DNA of 64,000 bases, from NCBI GenBank assembly GCA_013265495.1, contig MU058718.1, positions 3,672,081 to 3,736,080 on the forward strand, given 5' to 3'. The notes beneath the pieces were generated by a model. The model searched no databases. It worked only from the letters and a program-made list of their open reading frames with translations, and was not told where the DNA came from. Positions 62,621 to 64,000 of this stretch are shown piece by piece. Made by a program: the position numbers and the translations under genes. Every line of letters begins with the position of its first letter. The first letter of the stretch is position 1. This DNA is from Vicugna vicugna. Its lineage: Eukaryota.

Positions 62621-64000
62621 TAGAATATCAATTTATTTTAACTTTTTGTTTTGATATTATCTAATGTTAGATTTTGAACTCATAAAAAAAAAACAGACCT
62701 GCCTTCTCACGTATCAGAATATACTTTTGCATTGTAACGTCTTGCTGTTTTTATTCAATTTATAAATATCTTATGTTGTTTCTTACTGTTGTCAGGCAAG
62801 AAAGTGAAAATTGGAACTGCACAGAACATCTCAGATCTTTTGATAAATGCAGCCAGTGATCCTTTGGGCTATTCTGATTGATGCTGGGCTTATCATTACA
62901 TCTCATTTATAGCCAGACTTCGAGCCCTAGGAATTTTATAGCCAGTTGTCACATATAGCTGTAGAGCCCTTGAAATGTGATTAATCCAAGTTGAGATGTG
63001 TTATACATGTAAAATACACACCGGATTTCATAGTACATAAAAAGTTAGTGTTAGTCTAGTAATGAAATTGCAAATGTTTCCAGTTTACTGCATTTGAGTT
63101 CTCAAGAACTGAGACATAAGATTAAAAATGGGTAGGGTATCATCAGCATGTTGGTAGGTGTTGCTTAGTATCTCGCGTCATACAGATATTTGATTATAGC
63201 AGATGTGCATTATTTAGAACCATTAAAATCATTATGAAAATACATTTTAATATCACCCAGAAAACTAAACTTTGTCATTGTGCTGTTTTAATCATTTTAC
63301 ATATTTGGACTTATTTATTCAACTTTGAAAAGCAGTTTTTTACAGTGATTCCATGTAGTGGGACTCAGTGTTTATTGAACAACTAAATTTTTCATCCCTT
63401 CAGAAGAACTAAATCACCCACTCTGCCTGTGTTGGGCTCTAGCCCCTTTGCATACTCTCCTTACCATCTCAAGCAGGCTGCTGCTGTCCCTGGCTTCTAT
63501 TTTTAGGCCTGGAACATGGAGATAATTTATAGCTTCCCTCCCACCTGATCACAATCCTCACCCAAGGGCCACTTACTTCTGCTGTGTCCCCAGCACCCAG
63601 CACAGAGACAAGCACACAGATAGATGTTTGTTGAATGAATAAAGGATAGAAATGCAAAAAAAGAAAAGAAAAGAAATGCGGTTATAGTTTGCTATCACTG
63701 GGTGGCAGAGGCTTTCTGGTCTGTAGAACTAAATTTGAGAGCGTATATTGAGCTTAGTTTTCTTATCATCGTTAATCTTATATTATTACAGAATTTTTAT
63801 AGTTTACAAAGCATTTTCACAATTAGTTAATTTGCTTCTCTCCATAACTGTGTAGACTTTTAAAACAGGGAAGAATAAACACCTTCCTTAACCTCAGATA
63901 GGTAGTATTAATAAATAGCTATTTGATTGTCTACATTATGCTAATCTTTATACAGAACTCTTGACATATATTAGGTCATTTAATCCTTGTCAGTCATCTT

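Overview
This is mammalian genomic DNA, not prokaryotic; no CRISPR arrays, operons or rRNA/tRNA genes are supportable. The window holds the 3' part of NIN (ninein, + strand) and the 5' part of SAV1 (Salvador/WW45, Hippo pathway, + strand). NIN coding exons run 1335-25710 and the long 3' UTR ends near 29.4 kb. About 22 kb of repeat-rich intergenic DNA follows, then the SAV1 CpG-island promoter (~51.3-52.4 kb) and coding exons 1-3 (52125-62619); SAV1 continues beyond the window. Five tRNA-derived SINEs resembling the camelid Vic-1 type suggest a camel/alpaca-like species (inference). Most interesting signals: (1) a 61-nt frameshifting NIN cassette exon (18397-18457) plus a strong alternative acceptor 59 nt upstream of the next exon; each alone truncates ninein, but together (120 nt) they restore the frame with a stop-free 40-aa insert; (2) a candidate long-range RNA bridge bringing distal RBFOX motifs to that exon; (3) a ~360-bp retro-insertion that looks like a spliced L1 RNA (5' UTR joined directly to the 3' end); (4) two tandem uORFs and a cluster of STAT GAS sites at SAV1; (5) a Pro-to-Leu change in SAV1 WW1. 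Exon numbers, repeat family names and comparisons with human/mouse come from recall, not from searches.
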